A DNA stretch of 64,000 bases from assembly GCA_903850915.1 (NCBI GenBank), contig CAINMV010000009.1, positions 64,599 to 128,598 of the forward strand, given 5' to 3'. This DNA comes from an uncultured Bacteroidota bacterium (GTDB taxonomy: Bacteria > Bacteroidota > Bacteroidia > UKL13-3). The notes under the pieces were generated by a model that saw only the letters and a program-made list of their open reading frames with translations, searched no databases and was not told where the DNA came from. The position numbers and the translations under genes were made by a program. Of the stretch, positions 22,649 to 32,923 are shown one piece after another. Position 1 is the stretch's first letter. Every line of letters starts with the position of its first letter.

Positions 22649-23100
22649 CAAAAATAAAAAAAGGCGATAAGGCCCCTAATTTTAAGGCAAAAAACCAAAA
22701 TGGAGAGTGGGTAAGCTTATCTGATTTTAAGGGGAAAAAATTAGTGCTTTATTTTTATCCTAAAGCAAATACGCCAACATGCACGGTTGAAAGTTGTAAT
22801 TTAAGCGACAACCACCAGCTACTGCAAAAGGCAGGCTATGCCGTTTTGGGTGTGAGTGCCGATAGTGAAAAGCAGCAACTTAACTTTAAAAATAAATTTA
22901 AATTCCCGTTCGATCTGCTTGCCGACGAAAATCAAGAAGTGATTAAAGCTTACGATGTATGGGCCGAAAAAAGTACGTTTGGTAAGACTTACATGGGTTT
23001 GGTAAGGACCACATTTATAATTAATGAGTTAGGTAAGATAGAGGAGGTAATAGATAAGGTGGAATCAAAAAATCATGCCCAACAAATTTTAAGTCTTTAA
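22645..23100 (+). CDS. bcp: thiol peroxidase Bcp (peroxiredoxin Q)
   Basis: LVLYFYPKANTPTCTVESC with resolving Cys. 4-bp overlap with the upstream gene. Confidence 0.85.
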   Translation: MTKIKKGDKAPNFKAKNQNGEWVSLSDFKGKKLVLYFYPKANTPTCTVESCNLSDNHQLLQKAGYAVLGVSADSEKQQLNFKNKFKFPFDLLADENQEVIKAYDVWAEKSTFGKTYMGLVRTTFIINELGKIEEVIDKVESKNHAQQILSL

Positions 23101-23245
23101 AAGGTATTATCTGAAAATGCAAAACTTAAGAACCCTTGTTTTGAATTATTTAAGTTGCAGGAAAAGTTTTTTTGTTACGTAATTTGTTCCGAAGGGATAT
23201 TCTAATTTGTTAAATCCTCAACCTATTCAATATTATTATTAGGCT

Positions 23246-23797
23246 TTATAAAAACATAAGTTGGAATTCTTTCTTTAAGAATTCTAAGGCTTTGTGATTC
23301 GGAAGCTCATTTCGTTGTATCACATTTTCTAAAATAGCTTTACTTAAGTCAATACCATTGGCATCAGGTCGCAATGGAATAAAGGATTGATTAATAAGGT
23401 TTATTGTTTGCTCTTTTGCATCTTTAATTACAATCCAGGCTTGGGTGGATAGGTACATTTGCATGGCTACATTATGGGCATACTCTGTGTTTATCTCGGT
23501 TATTAGCGCTTGTTTTAAATCCAATCCCATGTGATTTGCAGGGTTATTACGCATCAAAATACTATCCGGCTGAATGCGTTCTAAAAACAATGTCATTCGT
23601 TCATAAGCCTGCATACGAGCAGGGAGGATAATGCTTTCACCATGCTGTTTCAACTCGATATTTCTTTTCTTAAGTTCGTTTTCGAGAAACATATGTGTGA
23701 TGAAATATGCAGACGCTAAAGCCACTAATGATGGGATAACGTAGCGGCTAAGTTCTATTAAATAATCGGAGGTGTCCATTAATAGTATTGAGGTCAT
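23246..23797 (-). CDS. hypothetical protein
   Basis: 183-aa ORF, one N-terminal hydrophobic helix, no motif recognised. Confidence 0.3.
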   Translation of the reverse strand: MTSILLMDTSDYLIELSRYVIPSLVALASAYFITHMFLENELKKRNIELKQHGESIILPARMQAYERMTLFLERIQPDSILMRNNPANHMGLDLKQALITEINTEYAHNVAMQMYLSTQAWIVIKDAKEQTINLINQSFIPLRPDANGIDLSKAILENVIQRNELPNHKALEFLKKEFQLMFL

Positions 23798-23875
23798 ATT
23801 GAGCTGTTTTGAAATTAAATTAGTAAGTGTAAAAAAACAAAAATAGTTTATTCGATGTATAACGCAATAGTAGTG

Positions 23876-24706
23876 TTATTTATTTTTTTCGTGATAATAT
23901 GATGCTGCCTTACGAACATTACCAAATTCATTAAGCAAATTTGAGGCCTCTTCCTCTTGGATTTTTAGCTCCTGCATTAGCATTTCCACGCCACGTCGGA
24001 TGAGTTTTTTATTGCTAAGATGCATATCCACCATCTTATTGTCTTTAACATGGCCAAGTTGTATCATCACGCTGGTGCTAATCATATTCAAGATTAACTT
24101 TTGGGCAGTACCCGCTTTCATTCGTGTACTTCCAGTCACAAATTCAGGCCCTACTACACATTCGATTCTAAAGTCGGATTCGGCCGCTACTGCGCTCTTT
24201 TTATTACATACAATACAGGCGGTAGTAATTTTTTTTGTTCTGCATTGTTTCAGGGCCGCAGCAACATAAGGGGTGCCACCGCTCGCCGCAATACCTACCA
24301 CAACATCTTTATTCGTAATTTTATGTTGTTTCAAATCCTTAAATCCTTGGTTGCGATTATCTTCTGCGAATTCAACAGCTTGTCGTATCGCGCTATCGCC
24401 GCCAGCAATAATTCCTATTACCTTGCCATGTGGAATGCCGTATGTAGGGGGGCATTCACTTGCGTCTACAATTCCTAATCGTCCACTGGTGCCAGCACCG
24501 ATATAAAATAAGCGTCCTCCGCTATTCATCTGTTGCACAATTTTTTTAACTAGATTTTCAATGGCAGGAATGCATTTCGCTACTGCAAGTGGAACAGATT
24601 GATCTTCATGATTTATCGATTTCAGCAGTTTTTTTACAGACATCTTTTCGAGATGATTGTAGTGGGAGCTTTTTTCTGTTGATAGGGTAATAGAATCTTT
24701 CTTCAT
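23876..24706 (-). CDS. murQ: N-acetylmuramic acid 6-phosphate etherase
   Basis: SIS domain GRLFYIGAGTSGRLG...ECPPTYG. Confidence 0.8.
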   Translation of the reverse strand: MKKDSITLSTEKSSHYNHLEKMSVKKLLKSINHEDQSVPLAVAKCIPAIENLVKKIVQQMNSGGRLFYIGAGTSGRLGIVDASECPPTYGIPHGKVIGIIAGGDSAIRQAVEFAEDNRNQGFKDLKQHKITNKDVVVGIAASGGTPYVAAALKQCRTKKITTACIVCNKKSAVAAESDFRIECVVGPEFVTGSTRMKAGTAQKLILNMISTSVMIQLGHVKDNKMVDMHLSNKKLIRRGVEMLMQELKIQEEEASNLLNEFGNVRKAASYYHEKNK

Positions 24707-25335
24707 TGATGGATGTAAATTATTTTTTTAGTCTCGAAAAATTCAGCGTCGAAGAATTTTTTTAACGAAATCTCTTCATGACGGAATTGAAAACGTTGAT
24801 GAGCCTCATTAAGTTCGTTTTTTAATTCACCACCTTTAAGAAAAATAAACCCGTTGCGAATGGTGTTAATACTTTCAGCTTTTATCTTGCCTTTACTCCA
24901 AAAAATCAGATCAAGTGTAGGTGCAACAGCGCGACTAATAATAAAATCAAATTTGTCTTTTATCGTTTCTGCTCGAGCGTTAATTGCAGTAACGTTTTTT
25001 AAATCCAGTGCGGTTGCTATTTCCTGAACAACTTTTATTTTTTTGCCGATGCTATCTACACCTAAAAATTGTACTTGCGGAAATAATATGGCGAGTGGTA
25101 TTGTTGGAAAGCCACCACCACAGCCAATATCCATTATTGTGGTATTTGGTTTGAATGATACTATTTTAGCAATTGCCAAAGAGTGAAGCACATGCTTCTC
25201 GTACAAGCCCTCTATATCCTTGCGTGAGATCACGTTGATTTGTGCATTCCAAAATTCATACAAGGATTGCAACTTTTCAAAATGCTCTTTTTGCAAAGGC
25301 GTGATGTTGGGAAAATAACGTTGAATATAATGCAA
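24703..25335 (-). CDS. rsmG: 16S rRNA (guanine527-N7)-methyltransferase
   Basis: MDIGCGGGFPTIPLAI SAM motif, 210 aa. 4-bp overlap with murQ. Confidence 0.8.
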   Translation of the reverse strand: MHYIQRYFPNITPLQKEHFEKLQSLYEFWNAQINVISRKDIEGLYEKHVLHSLAIAKIVSFKPNTTIMDIGCGGGFPTIPLAILFPQVQFLGVDSIGKKIKVVQEIATALDLKNVTAINARAETIKDKFDFIISRAVAPTLDLIFWSKGKIKAESINTIRNGFIFLKGGELKNELNEAHQRFQFRHEEISLKKFFDAEFFETKKIIYIHQ

Positions 25336-25431
25336 AGTTTAGGTTATTTGATAATTATTAATTAAAACAGCAAAATGAAAAGTGGTGAAATGCATTTGGT
25401 GTTTATGCCATGTATTGCTAATAATGATGAA

Positions 25432-26193
25432 TTAGAATCCTTTGACAATATCAATAAAACTTCTGGCTTGTAAAGCAGCACCGCCAATTAATCCACCATC
25501 TATATCGGGCTGACTAAATAATTCTTTAGCATTGTCTGGTTTTACGCTACCTCCATATAAAATACTGATGTTCTCGGCTAGCTCATCACCAAATTTCTTG
25601 GCTATTATTTTTCGGATGAAACCATGCATTTCTTGGGCTTGTGCTGAGGATGCTGTTTGTCCGGTTCCAATAGCCCACACAGGCTCGTAGGCCACAACTA
25701 CTTGTCTCATATTTTCGGAAGGTAAATGATACAAAGCCTCGCTTAACTGTGATTCAATTATTTCAAATAGTTTTCCGCTATTGCGCTCATCTAAAGTTTC
25801 TCCAACACAGTATATGGGTTGTAATAAATTTGTGAGCGCGATATCTATTTTTTTTGCGAGTAAGTCATTGGTTTCATTAAAATACTGACGTCGTTCGCTG
25901 TGTCCGATGATAACATAATCACAACCTACCGATTTTAGCATTGCAGTCGATATCTCGCCAGTATAAGCGCCGCTGCTCATCTCACTGCAGTTTTGAGCTC
26001 CTAACGCTATCATTGGCATGTCAAATAACAAAGGTTGTATTTTATGCAGGTGTATATATGGTGGTGCAATCACCACATATGTTTGCGACTTTACTTCTTG
26101 CGCGTAAAGCTCAATGATTTCTTTTACAAGTTGAATTCCTTCGTCAAAGGATTTGTTCATTTTCCAATTGCCGGCAACAATTTTCTTTCTCAT
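25432..26193 (-). CDS. tpiA: triosephosphate isomerase
   Basis: VAGNWKMN, IGHSERR, YEPVWAIGTG. Confidence 0.9.
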   Translation of the reverse strand: MRKKIVAGNWKMNKSFDEGIQLVKEIIELYAQEVKSQTYVVIAPPYIHLHKIQPLLFDMPMIALGAQNCSEMSSGAYTGEISTAMLKSVGCDYVIIGHSERRQYFNETNDLLAKKIDIALTNLLQPIYCVGETLDERNSGKLFEIIESQLSEALYHLPSENMRQVVVAYEPVWAIGTGQTASSAQAQEMHGFIRKIIAKKFGDELAENISILYGGSVKPDNAKELFSQPDIDGGLIGGAALQARSFIDIVKGF

Positions 26194-26260
26194 GAGGTAG
26201 TTGTAATTTTACTTAATTTTAAATTGCAAATATAGTTAGTTCGTGTAGTTTTCTCTTTGG

Positions 26261-27439
26261 TTAAAACTTTCGGTATTTGGCGGTTTGTTCGAAAACGTTT
26301 CCAAGTATAGCTTTGTCGTCATCGGTAAATTCTACATGCCTTCGGTCCATCACCAATTTTGCCACATCATATACTTTGTCAGGTGCATACACTTCCATCC
26401 CTTGGGCTCCACCCCAGCTAAAGTCAGGAACAAAGTTTCGTGGAAATCCAGATCCGAAAATATTGCACGCAACACCAATAACGGTGCCTGTATTAAACAT
26501 AGTATTAATAGCACATTTACTGTGGTCACCCATAATGAGACCGCAAAATTGCAAGCCAGTTCGCTCAAATCTATCGCTTTTATAGCTCCATAGCTTGACC
26601 TCTGCATAGTTGTTTTTTAAATTACTATTGTTTGAGTCGGCACCAATATTACACCATTCTCCTATTACACTGTTGCCTAAAAAACCGTCGTGTCCTTTAT
26701 TGGAATAACCAAATAGCAGGCTGTTATTTACTTCACCTCCCACACGGCATTCCGGGCCAAGTGTGGTGGCACCGTATATTTTCGCTCCCATTTTTAGAAC
26801 ACTATGGTCACCCATGGCAAAAGGTCCACGGACCATACAGCCTTCCATCATTTCTGCGTTAGATCCAATATAAATCGGCCCAGTTTTAGTATTTAAAATA
26901 CTTGCATTTACTACAGCACCTTCTTCAATAAATAACTGTGAAATATCTCCTATTAAAGCGTTATTCGATGGTAAAGGTTGTGATTTCTTATTCGCTGTTA
27001 GTAACTTATAGTCCGCTCGAAGCTCTTGGTCGTTAAAGGTAAATAGGTCGCTCAGCTGTTTAATTATGTTCACTGATGTGGCCTTTGTTTCAATTAATTG
27101 TAAGGTGCTAAAGTCACTTTCGTCTATGTTTGTAAATGCTGCTGCAATAAGGGTGCCTTGGTATGATAAGGCGAATCCAGGCATTACATTTTTAATTTCC
27201 GAGGCCAATGTTTCATTGGGGCAAACACAGGCATTAACGAATATACTTTTTGCATTTTTCGTACATGTAAATTTCTTTTGGATGCGAGCAGCGGTTTCAA
27301 AACTCACCTCGCATGCGACATGATGTTCCCATTTTTCCTTCAAGGTGAGAATCCCAATTCTAAAGGCACCTATTGGTCTGGTGGCTGCCAAAGGGAAAAA
27401 CCGTTCGCGATCTGAAGGGTCAAATAGAATTATATTCAT
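26261..27439 (-). CDS. Bacteroidetes alternative GlmU-like sugar-phosphate nucleotidyltransferase with hexapeptide-repeat (LbH) C-terminus
   Basis: 392 aa. N-terminal nucleotidyltransferase-like region then repeated [LIV]G hexapeptide motifs. Resembles the alt_bact_glmU family (from memory). Confidence 0.5.
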   Translation of the reverse strand: MNIILFDPSDRERFFPLAATRPIGAFRIGILTLKEKWEHHVACEVSFETAARIQKKFTCTKNAKSIFVNACVCPNETLASEIKNVMPGFALSYQGTLIAAAFTNIDESDFSTLQLIETKATSVNIIKQLSDLFTFNDQELRADYKLLTANKKSQPLPSNNALIGDISQLFIEEGAVVNASILNTKTGPIYIGSNAEMMEGCMVRGPFAMGDHSVLKMGAKIYGATTLGPECRVGGEVNNSLLFGYSNKGHDGFLGNSVIGEWCNIGADSNNSNLKNNYAEVKLWSYKSDRFERTGLQFCGLIMGDHSKCAINTMFNTGTVIGVACNIFGSGFPRNFVPDFSWGGAQGMEVYAPDKVYDVAKLVMDRRHVEFTDDDKAILGNVFEQTAKYRKF

Positions 27440-27541
27440 AGGATAATAAACTAGATAAATTTATAGTATGGCGCCTAAAGTAGCTCGAAGTTGAGATTTC
27501 AATAGTGTTCAGGCGGTGCAAATTACGAAAATGCGGACAAT

Positions 27542-27569
27542 AAAAAACCCCACTGTATGCACAGAGGGG
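27542..27569 (-). terminator. rho-independent terminator downstream of L31 gene
   Basis: Minus-strand hairpin CCCCTCTGTGCATACAGTGGGG followed by T-run (plus-strand A6 at 27542-27547). Confidence 0.55.
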
Positions 27570-27600
27570 TAATAAGTATGTCGTTGGGAGTATAGTTAAA

Positions 27601-27858
27601 TTATACCGTTTCTTTCTTTGCGTAACGTTTATTGAATTTATCGATACGACCTGCGGTGTCAATCAAATTCGATTTTCCAGTATAAAATGGGTGTGACTTA
27701 TCAGAAATCTCTAATTTGTATAGAGGATATTCGTTTCCGTCCTCCCATTTAATGGTTTCTTTCGTTTCTACAGCACTTTTAGTTAAAAAGGCGTGGTCGC
27801 AACTCATATCTTTAAATACTACTAAACGGTAGTTTTTTGGATGTATTTCGGGTTTCAT
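27601..27858 (-). CDS. rpmE: 50S ribosomal protein L31 (type B, non-zinc)
   Basis: [17 protein letters not shown]...HPFYTGK, 85 aa, lacks the CxxC pair. Confidence 0.85.
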   Translation of the reverse strand: MKPEIHPKNYRLVVFKDMSCDHAFLTKSAVETKETIKWEDGNEYPLYKLEISDKSHPFYTGKSNLIDTAGRIDKFNKRYAKKETV

Positions 27859-27978
27859 ATCAGGGCTATCTTTTAAAAAAGGAGTGCAAATATACTATTT
27901 TTTCATTAATTATCAAAACATTCCTATAAAATACTGTTTTTCACGGCATTCAAATGCCAATTTAATGCTATGGAGGCC

Positions 27979-29205
27979 TTATTCTTGTAGCTTCTCCTCG
28001 GTTTGGTTAAGATGGCGAGCTAAAAAATAGCCCATGCTGAAGCTGGCTTGAAGGAGGTAGCCACCAGTAGGAGCGTCCCAATCTAGCATTTCTCCGATGG
28101 CGTAATGTCCTCTCATTTTCTTAAGCTGGAAGTTTTCATCCACTTCGTCCAGCGCAATTCCGCCAACGGTTGAAATGGCATCATCGAGAGGTGCCGTATC
28201 AGTAACCAATAATGGGAGTCGTTTAATGTAATTGGAGAGTGTTGCACTATCGAGGAATTCTTCTTTTTTAAGATGCGTTTTTAGTAAGGCAATTTGTACT
28301 TTCGATAGATTTAGTTCGCCTTGTAATATTACAGTGTTCGACTTGATGCCTTTATTTGAAAGGGCTTTTTTTATGGTCGACAAACTTAATCCTGGCTTTA
28401 AGTCAAGATAGATTGTAGCGACTGCCTTATCTTTTAATTGCTTTCGTATTTCATGGCTAAGGGCATAAATTGCACCTCCTTCCAAGCCTAAGGATGTGAT
28501 TACCAACTCACCAAATTTCTCTTTGTCGTTGCAATACACCACAATGTTTTTAATCGCTGTCCCTTCTTCTTCGCGAAGCGCCTCGGGCCACTCAATTTTA
28601 TAGGCGCAATTCGAAGGCAGGAAAGGGAGTGTAGTAATTCCATGCTCGGCAAATAGGGATAGCCAACTACCATCGGATCCTGTCTTCGACCAACTTCCAC
28701 CACCAAGGCTATAAACCACAATATCGGCTTTCATCACGTGGTCTTGAAAATGATGTTCAATGATAAGGTCACCTTCGCTATTCCAACCTTTCCAAGTGTT
28801 CTTCACTTGTATGGTTACTCGGCGATGAGTTAGTACTTTAAGAATGGCATTTAAAACCTGTATTGGCTTAATTCCTTCCGTAGGAAATACGCGTTTACTC
28901 GAGCCCACATAAGTTTCTATATGCAAGGTGTTTAACCAACGACGTAGGTCGCTATTGTTAAAGGCTCTGAGACTACGTTCAAGAAATGTAGCAGGTATAT
29001 ACCTTGCTATAAAAGGTTCCAGTGGTTCGGAGTGTGTAAGGTTAAAGCCCCCCTCACCAGCCACTAAAAACTTACGCGCCGGTGCTGCATTTTTTTCGTA
29101 AATTACAACGTCGAAGAGGCGATGATCAAGTTGTGCGGCGAGCATAAGTGCTGCTGGTCCGCTGCCAATAATGGCTATTGTTTTTTTGTTATTTGGGATG
29201 CTCAA
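27979..29205 (-). CDS. FAD-dependent flavoprotein of the HI0933/BaiN-like family
   Basis: IAIIGSGPAALMLAAQL dinucleotide fold, 408 aa. Confidence 0.6.
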   Translation of the reverse strand: MSIPNNKKTIAIIGSGPAALMLAAQLDHRLFDVVIYEKNAAPARKFLVAGEGGFNLTHSEPLEPFIARYIPATFLERSLRAFNNSDLRRWLNTLHIETYVGSSKRVFPTEGIKPIQVLNAILKVLTHRRVTIQVKNTWKGWNSEGDLIIEHHFQDHVMKADIVVYSLGGGSWSKTGSDGSWLSLFAEHGITTLPFLPSNCAYKIEWPEALREEEGTAIKNIVVYCNDKEKFGELVITSLGLEGGAIYALSHEIRKQLKDKAVATIYLDLKPGLSLSTIKKALSNKGIKSNTVILQGELNLSKVQIALLKTHLKKEEFLDSATLSNYIKRLPLLVTDTAPLDDAISTVGGIALDEVDENFQLKKMRGHYAIGEMLDWDAPTGGYLLQASFSMGYFLARHLNQTEEKLQE

Positions 29206-29217
29206 ATTGCTGTATTT

Positions 29218-32064
29218 TTATTTGTAGATTCGAATACCCTGTTTTGGATTCGTGCTATATGTTTTAAAAGTATACGTAACGGTCAAGAGGTAATAACGTT
29301 GTAAAATATTGGTTTGCAAATCTTGAATATAACTTTCGGTATTGGTGCGTTGGATGCTTTTGTTTTGATTGAGTAAGTCATACACAGAAATGCGAATTTC
29401 GCCTTGTTGTTTTTTTAGAAATTTACAACCAACACCAGTATTCCATAGGGCAATCGATTGATTAAATGCGCTGCTGAGTCCGCTAAAACTTGAATACGTA
29501 AATTCACTTTGCAACACAATATTCTTTATTGGTATCATTGTTATTTTAAACTTCGAGGTTTCAATGAAATAAACATTGTTGGTGCTTTTCTGTAACGTAT
29601 TGTTTACATTGCTGTAAGTGGAGTTTGATGCTATAGTGAAGTCTACTTTGTCACTAATATTGCTTGTGAATATGAAGCCCAAAATGCCTGTCGTAGTATT
29701 GGCAATGTTTTTTTCTTCGTTTATCATTCCGGGTACATTTGAGTACGCCACTGTTGCGTTGACGCTGAAGTTTGTTTTTATTTTTTTGATTGGAACAGTA
29801 TAATTAACAAAAGAGCGCAGTGAAAAGTAACCTTGTAGGTTCACGGGGCGTTGTATTTGCGATCCTCTAGGCAAAATAACATCGGTGTATACCACCGTGT
29901 CGCGAGAGGCAATTAACGTGCTATTGCCGATATAATTGGTGGCATAGTTTCCATTGAGCAAGGCAAAGAAGGAGTTTGCTTTTTTGGTGTCAACTTTTGA
30001 ATAGCGTATATTTAGACTATGCTGGAAATCTTGTTTCAAATAAGGGTTACCTGTGCTTAATTGAAGTGAATTTGAGTTGTTAATTACATTTTGAAGCTGA
30101 TCGATGCTTGGGGCATTATTTGAACTTCTATAATTAATACGTAACGTTTTTTGTGCGGTAATTTTATATTGCAGTTGTGCCGATGGAAGCAAAGATTGAA
30201 ATGTTCTGCCTAAAGAATAATAGCTTGGAAATTCTTGTTGCTTATTCAGTTGGGCCCATTGGTATGCGGCATTAATGGCAATATTTATTTTTTCTTTTTG
30301 ATAACGAAATCCGATACCACCTGATTGCGTTTGATAATCGTTTTTAAAGATGCTCGTTAGGATTGTGTCGATGACGGTGTAGGTATCTTGAAGCAAGGGG
30401 TCTTTAGTAAATGTTTTTCTAGAAGAATAATTTTGAGAGTAGCTGCTTGAATAGCTAAAGGAAAGAAATTTTAATTTACTTATAGGCTCCGTGTAAACAA
30501 TATTTCCAATTACCCCGTTTCCGTTTTTGAGGTTTTTAATTTGCTGGTCAACAGTGTCGCCTGTGAAACTTGTATCGTTGTAATAAACATTGTTGGCATT
30601 GTTTTTACTTTCGGAATTATTTAGGCTGAATGTTGGCGACACATTAACAGAAAATGTTCTTCCTCGTTTACTGAAGGCATGTCGATAGAGTATTGGAGCC
30701 GAAATCATATAACTAAAAACACGGTTACTAGAATTGTTGTTTGTCTTACTTAGTAGTATTAGGCTTTTAATATTTTGCCCGAATAGAGTTTTACTGCCGT
30801 CGTTTTGTTGAAATGAAACTTTGGGTTGAAAAACTATCGAATTAAAAGAGTCTATTTTGGTTTCTATCTTGAAGTTAAATCTGTTATTGAGGTTTGTATT
30901 GTCTGCAACGTTGGTTTCAGAATATATCAAGCCCTTGGTGTTATTCAGAAGATACTGTTGCAAGAGGTTGGACGAGGATTCGTTTTTTGTTTGATTGAAG
31001 AAATAACTACCCGATACGTCAGTTTTCTTTCCCCATTTGTCGGCGTAATTTACCCCAAAAGCGCCTGTAGAGTTGATGCCATTTTGTGTGTTTATAATAA
31101 AGTTATCTGCATTGTTGGACTGACCTCCAGGACCTCCTTGTCCTCCGCGCATTCCTCCATGACCATGACCGCCACCACCTTGTCCTCCAGAACTGCTCAT
31201 AACTCCCGCCAAGTCATCGGCTGTAAAATTCTGTTCGTTTACATCATTAGCTTGTGTAAGTATTGTAATTCTGCGGTTGCCTTTAAAAATGTTGATATTA
31301 CCTCCCATTCGATATCTTCCTTGATCGCCATAGCCTATAAAGGCCTTTCCAAAAGTGCCATTGCGAAATTGTGGCTTCGTAACTATATTTATTGTTTTGG
31401 CGGTATTCCCATCATCAACTCCAGTGAATTGTGCTTGGTCGCTTTTTTTGTCGAATACCTGTATTTTGTCAATTACCTCAGCGGGTATATTTTTCAAAAC
31501 GGCATTTGCGTCATCACCAAAAAATACCTTACCATCTACTAAAACCTGCTTTACATCTTCGCCTTGAGCTTGAACTTTACCGTCTGTAATAATTACTCCA
31601 GGCATTTTCGTTACTAAATCTTCTGCAGTGGCATCTTTGTTTACCTTAAAGGCACTTGCACTATAACTTGTTGTATCGCCATTTAAAATGGCTATTGGTA
31701 GTTTGGCTGAAATGGTTACTTGGTTTAGGGAGGCCGTATTTAAATTTAGTGTGATGATGCCTAATTTCAATGGGATTTCTGCTGTTTGAATAGAACGAAC
31801 ATAGGTTTGGTAGCCCATTGCCACAATTTTCAATGCGTATTTTGTATAGGCTTTAATTTCATTAATCCGAAATCGTCCGCTGTTATCGGATGAAGTGGCT
31901 GCAACGAAAGAGGAGTCAATATTTAGAAGGTAAATAGAGGCGGCCTCAATAGGCATATTATTCGAATCCGCAAGTTTGCCTCCTATTGCAATCGATTGCG
32001 CTTGCAAACTATTAAATGCAAATACAATGCACATAAAAAAGAGGCATCTATAACTGGAAATCAT
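29218..32064 (-). CDS. outer-membrane beta-barrel protein, TonB-dependent-receptor-like (CarbopepD_reg + plug-like + barrel) with Gly/His-rich insertion
   Basis: Signal peptide MISSYRCLFFMCIVFAFNSLQAQ, SGRFRINEIKA... domain, GGQGGGGHGHGGMRGGQGGPGGQ low-complexity insert, C-terminal aromatic-rich barrel strands ending ...RIYK. Confidence 0.6.
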   Translation of the reverse strand: MISSYRCLFFMCIVFAFNSLQAQSIAIGGKLADSNNMPIEAASIYLLNIDSSFVAATSSDNSGRFRINEIKAYTKYALKIVAMGYQTYVRSIQTAEIPLKLGIITLNLNTASLNQVTISAKLPIAILNGDTTSYSASAFKVNKDATAEDLVTKMPGVIITDGKVQAQGEDVKQVLVDGKVFFGDDANAVLKNIPAEVIDKIQVFDKKSDQAQFTGVDDGNTAKTINIVTKPQFRNGTFGKAFIGYGDQGRYRMGGNINIFKGNRRITILTQANDVNEQNFTADDLAGVMSSSGGQGGGGHGHGGMRGGQGGPGGQSNNADNFIINTQNGINSTGAFGVNYADKWGKKTDVSGSYFFNQTKNESSSNLLQQYLLNNTKGLIYSETNVADNTNLNNRFNFKIETKIDSFNSIVFQPKVSFQQNDGSKTLFGQNIKSLILLSKTNNNSSNRVFSYMISAPILYRHAFSKRGRTFSVNVSPTFSLNNSESKNNANNVYYNDTSFTGDTVDQQIKNLKNGNGVIGNIVYTEPISKLKFLSFSYSSSYSQNYSSRKTFTKDPLLQDTYTVIDTILTSIFKNDYQTQSGGIGFRYQKEKINIAINAAYQWAQLNKQQEFPSYYSLGRTFQSLLPSAQLQYKITAQKTLRINYRSSNNAPSIDQLQNVINNSNSLQLSTGNPYLKQDFQHSLNIRYSKVDTKKANSFFALLNGNYATNYIGNSTLIASRDTVVYTDVILPRGSQIQRPVNLQGYFSLRSFVNYTVPIKKIKTNFSVNATVAYSNVPGMINEEKNIANTTTGILGFIFTSNISDKVDFTIASNSTYSNVNNTLQKSTNNVYFIETSKFKITMIPIKNIVLQSEFTYSSFSGLSSAFNQSIALWNTGVGCKFLKKQQGEIRISVYDLLNQNKSIQRTNTESYIQDLQTNILQRYYLLTVTYTFKTYSTNPKQGIRIYK

Positions 32065-32156
32065 GGATAAGATCAAGGATGATAAGAGTCGCAAAGCCAA
32101 TAATAATTATCTGTCAAAGATAGTTTATTTAATAGATCTGCTTGCGAGGGCTTTTG

Positions 32157-32870
32157 TCAAATTGTTTGGTTTTTCGGTATTAGGTCTATAAACCAAAAAC
32201 CACGCATATTCCCTAAGTTTTCGCTTGTATTGACGTAAAGCTCTTTATAAATATGCTCCCCTAAATTAAAATTGATTTTGTTTTTAAATAAAGGTCCATC
32301 ATAGCAGAAGGTATGGTATTCGCCATTCTCGCCACATGGGTCAACTTCTCCAGGCAATTGAACGCTAAATTTAGAATCTAGCTCCCGCCCTAGCCAAGTT
32401 TCATTCAAGTATCCATCATTAACGCAACAAAGCAAGGAGCGGAAGCCAGCTTTAATAAATTTATTCAAGATTACATTTGTGTTTCTTTTCCATAGCGGAA
32501 AGATACAAGTTATGCCAATGGCTGACATGCTTTTTTCACGGTACTCTCTAAGCTCTTCTAAAAAAATGTCGCCGAAAATAATATATGTGATGCCTTCTTT
32601 TTTCTTTAGTAAAAGAGTTTCTTTCATCTTATTCTCATATTCCAAATTTGTTCCTTCGTTTACAAAAACTTTAAGCAAAGGTAAACCTATAGATTGTGCC
32701 TGTAGATCTAAAAGTTCCTCTCTTACCCCATGCATCGAGACCCGCTTATATTCCTCATTAAGTGTAGTTAAAAGATAGCTTACTTCAAACTTCTGCTCAA
32801 GTAAAGTTAAATGCAAGGCATAGGTGGCATCTTTGCCTCCACTCCAACAGAAAATCGCCTTGGGCATCAT
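32157..32870 (-). CDS. PP-loop ATP pyrophosphatase of the MJ0570 / Dph6-like family
   Basis: AIFCWSGGKDATYAL PP-loop, 237 aa. Confidence 0.55.
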   Translation of the reverse strand: MMPKAIFCWSGGKDATYALHLTLLEQKFEVSYLLTTLNEEYKRVSMHGVREELLDLQAQSIGLPLLKVFVNEGTNLEYENKMKETLLLKKKEGITYIIFGDIFLEELREYREKSMSAIGITCIFPLWKRNTNVILNKFIKAGFRSLLCCVNDGYLNETWLGRELDSKFSVQLPGEVDPCGENGEYHTFCYDGPLFKNKINFNLGEHIYKELYVNTSENLGNMRGFWFIDLIPKNQTI

Positions 32871-32923
32871 TAAATTAGTGACCGGAGTAATCGATAATAT
32901 GCAATTATTCCGGCCTAGTAATC

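Noticed and set aside
26277-26862. Cluster of overlapping 76-102-aa ORFs on both strands
   Set aside because: All lie within the alternative GlmU-like gene (26261-27439). They are frame shadows.
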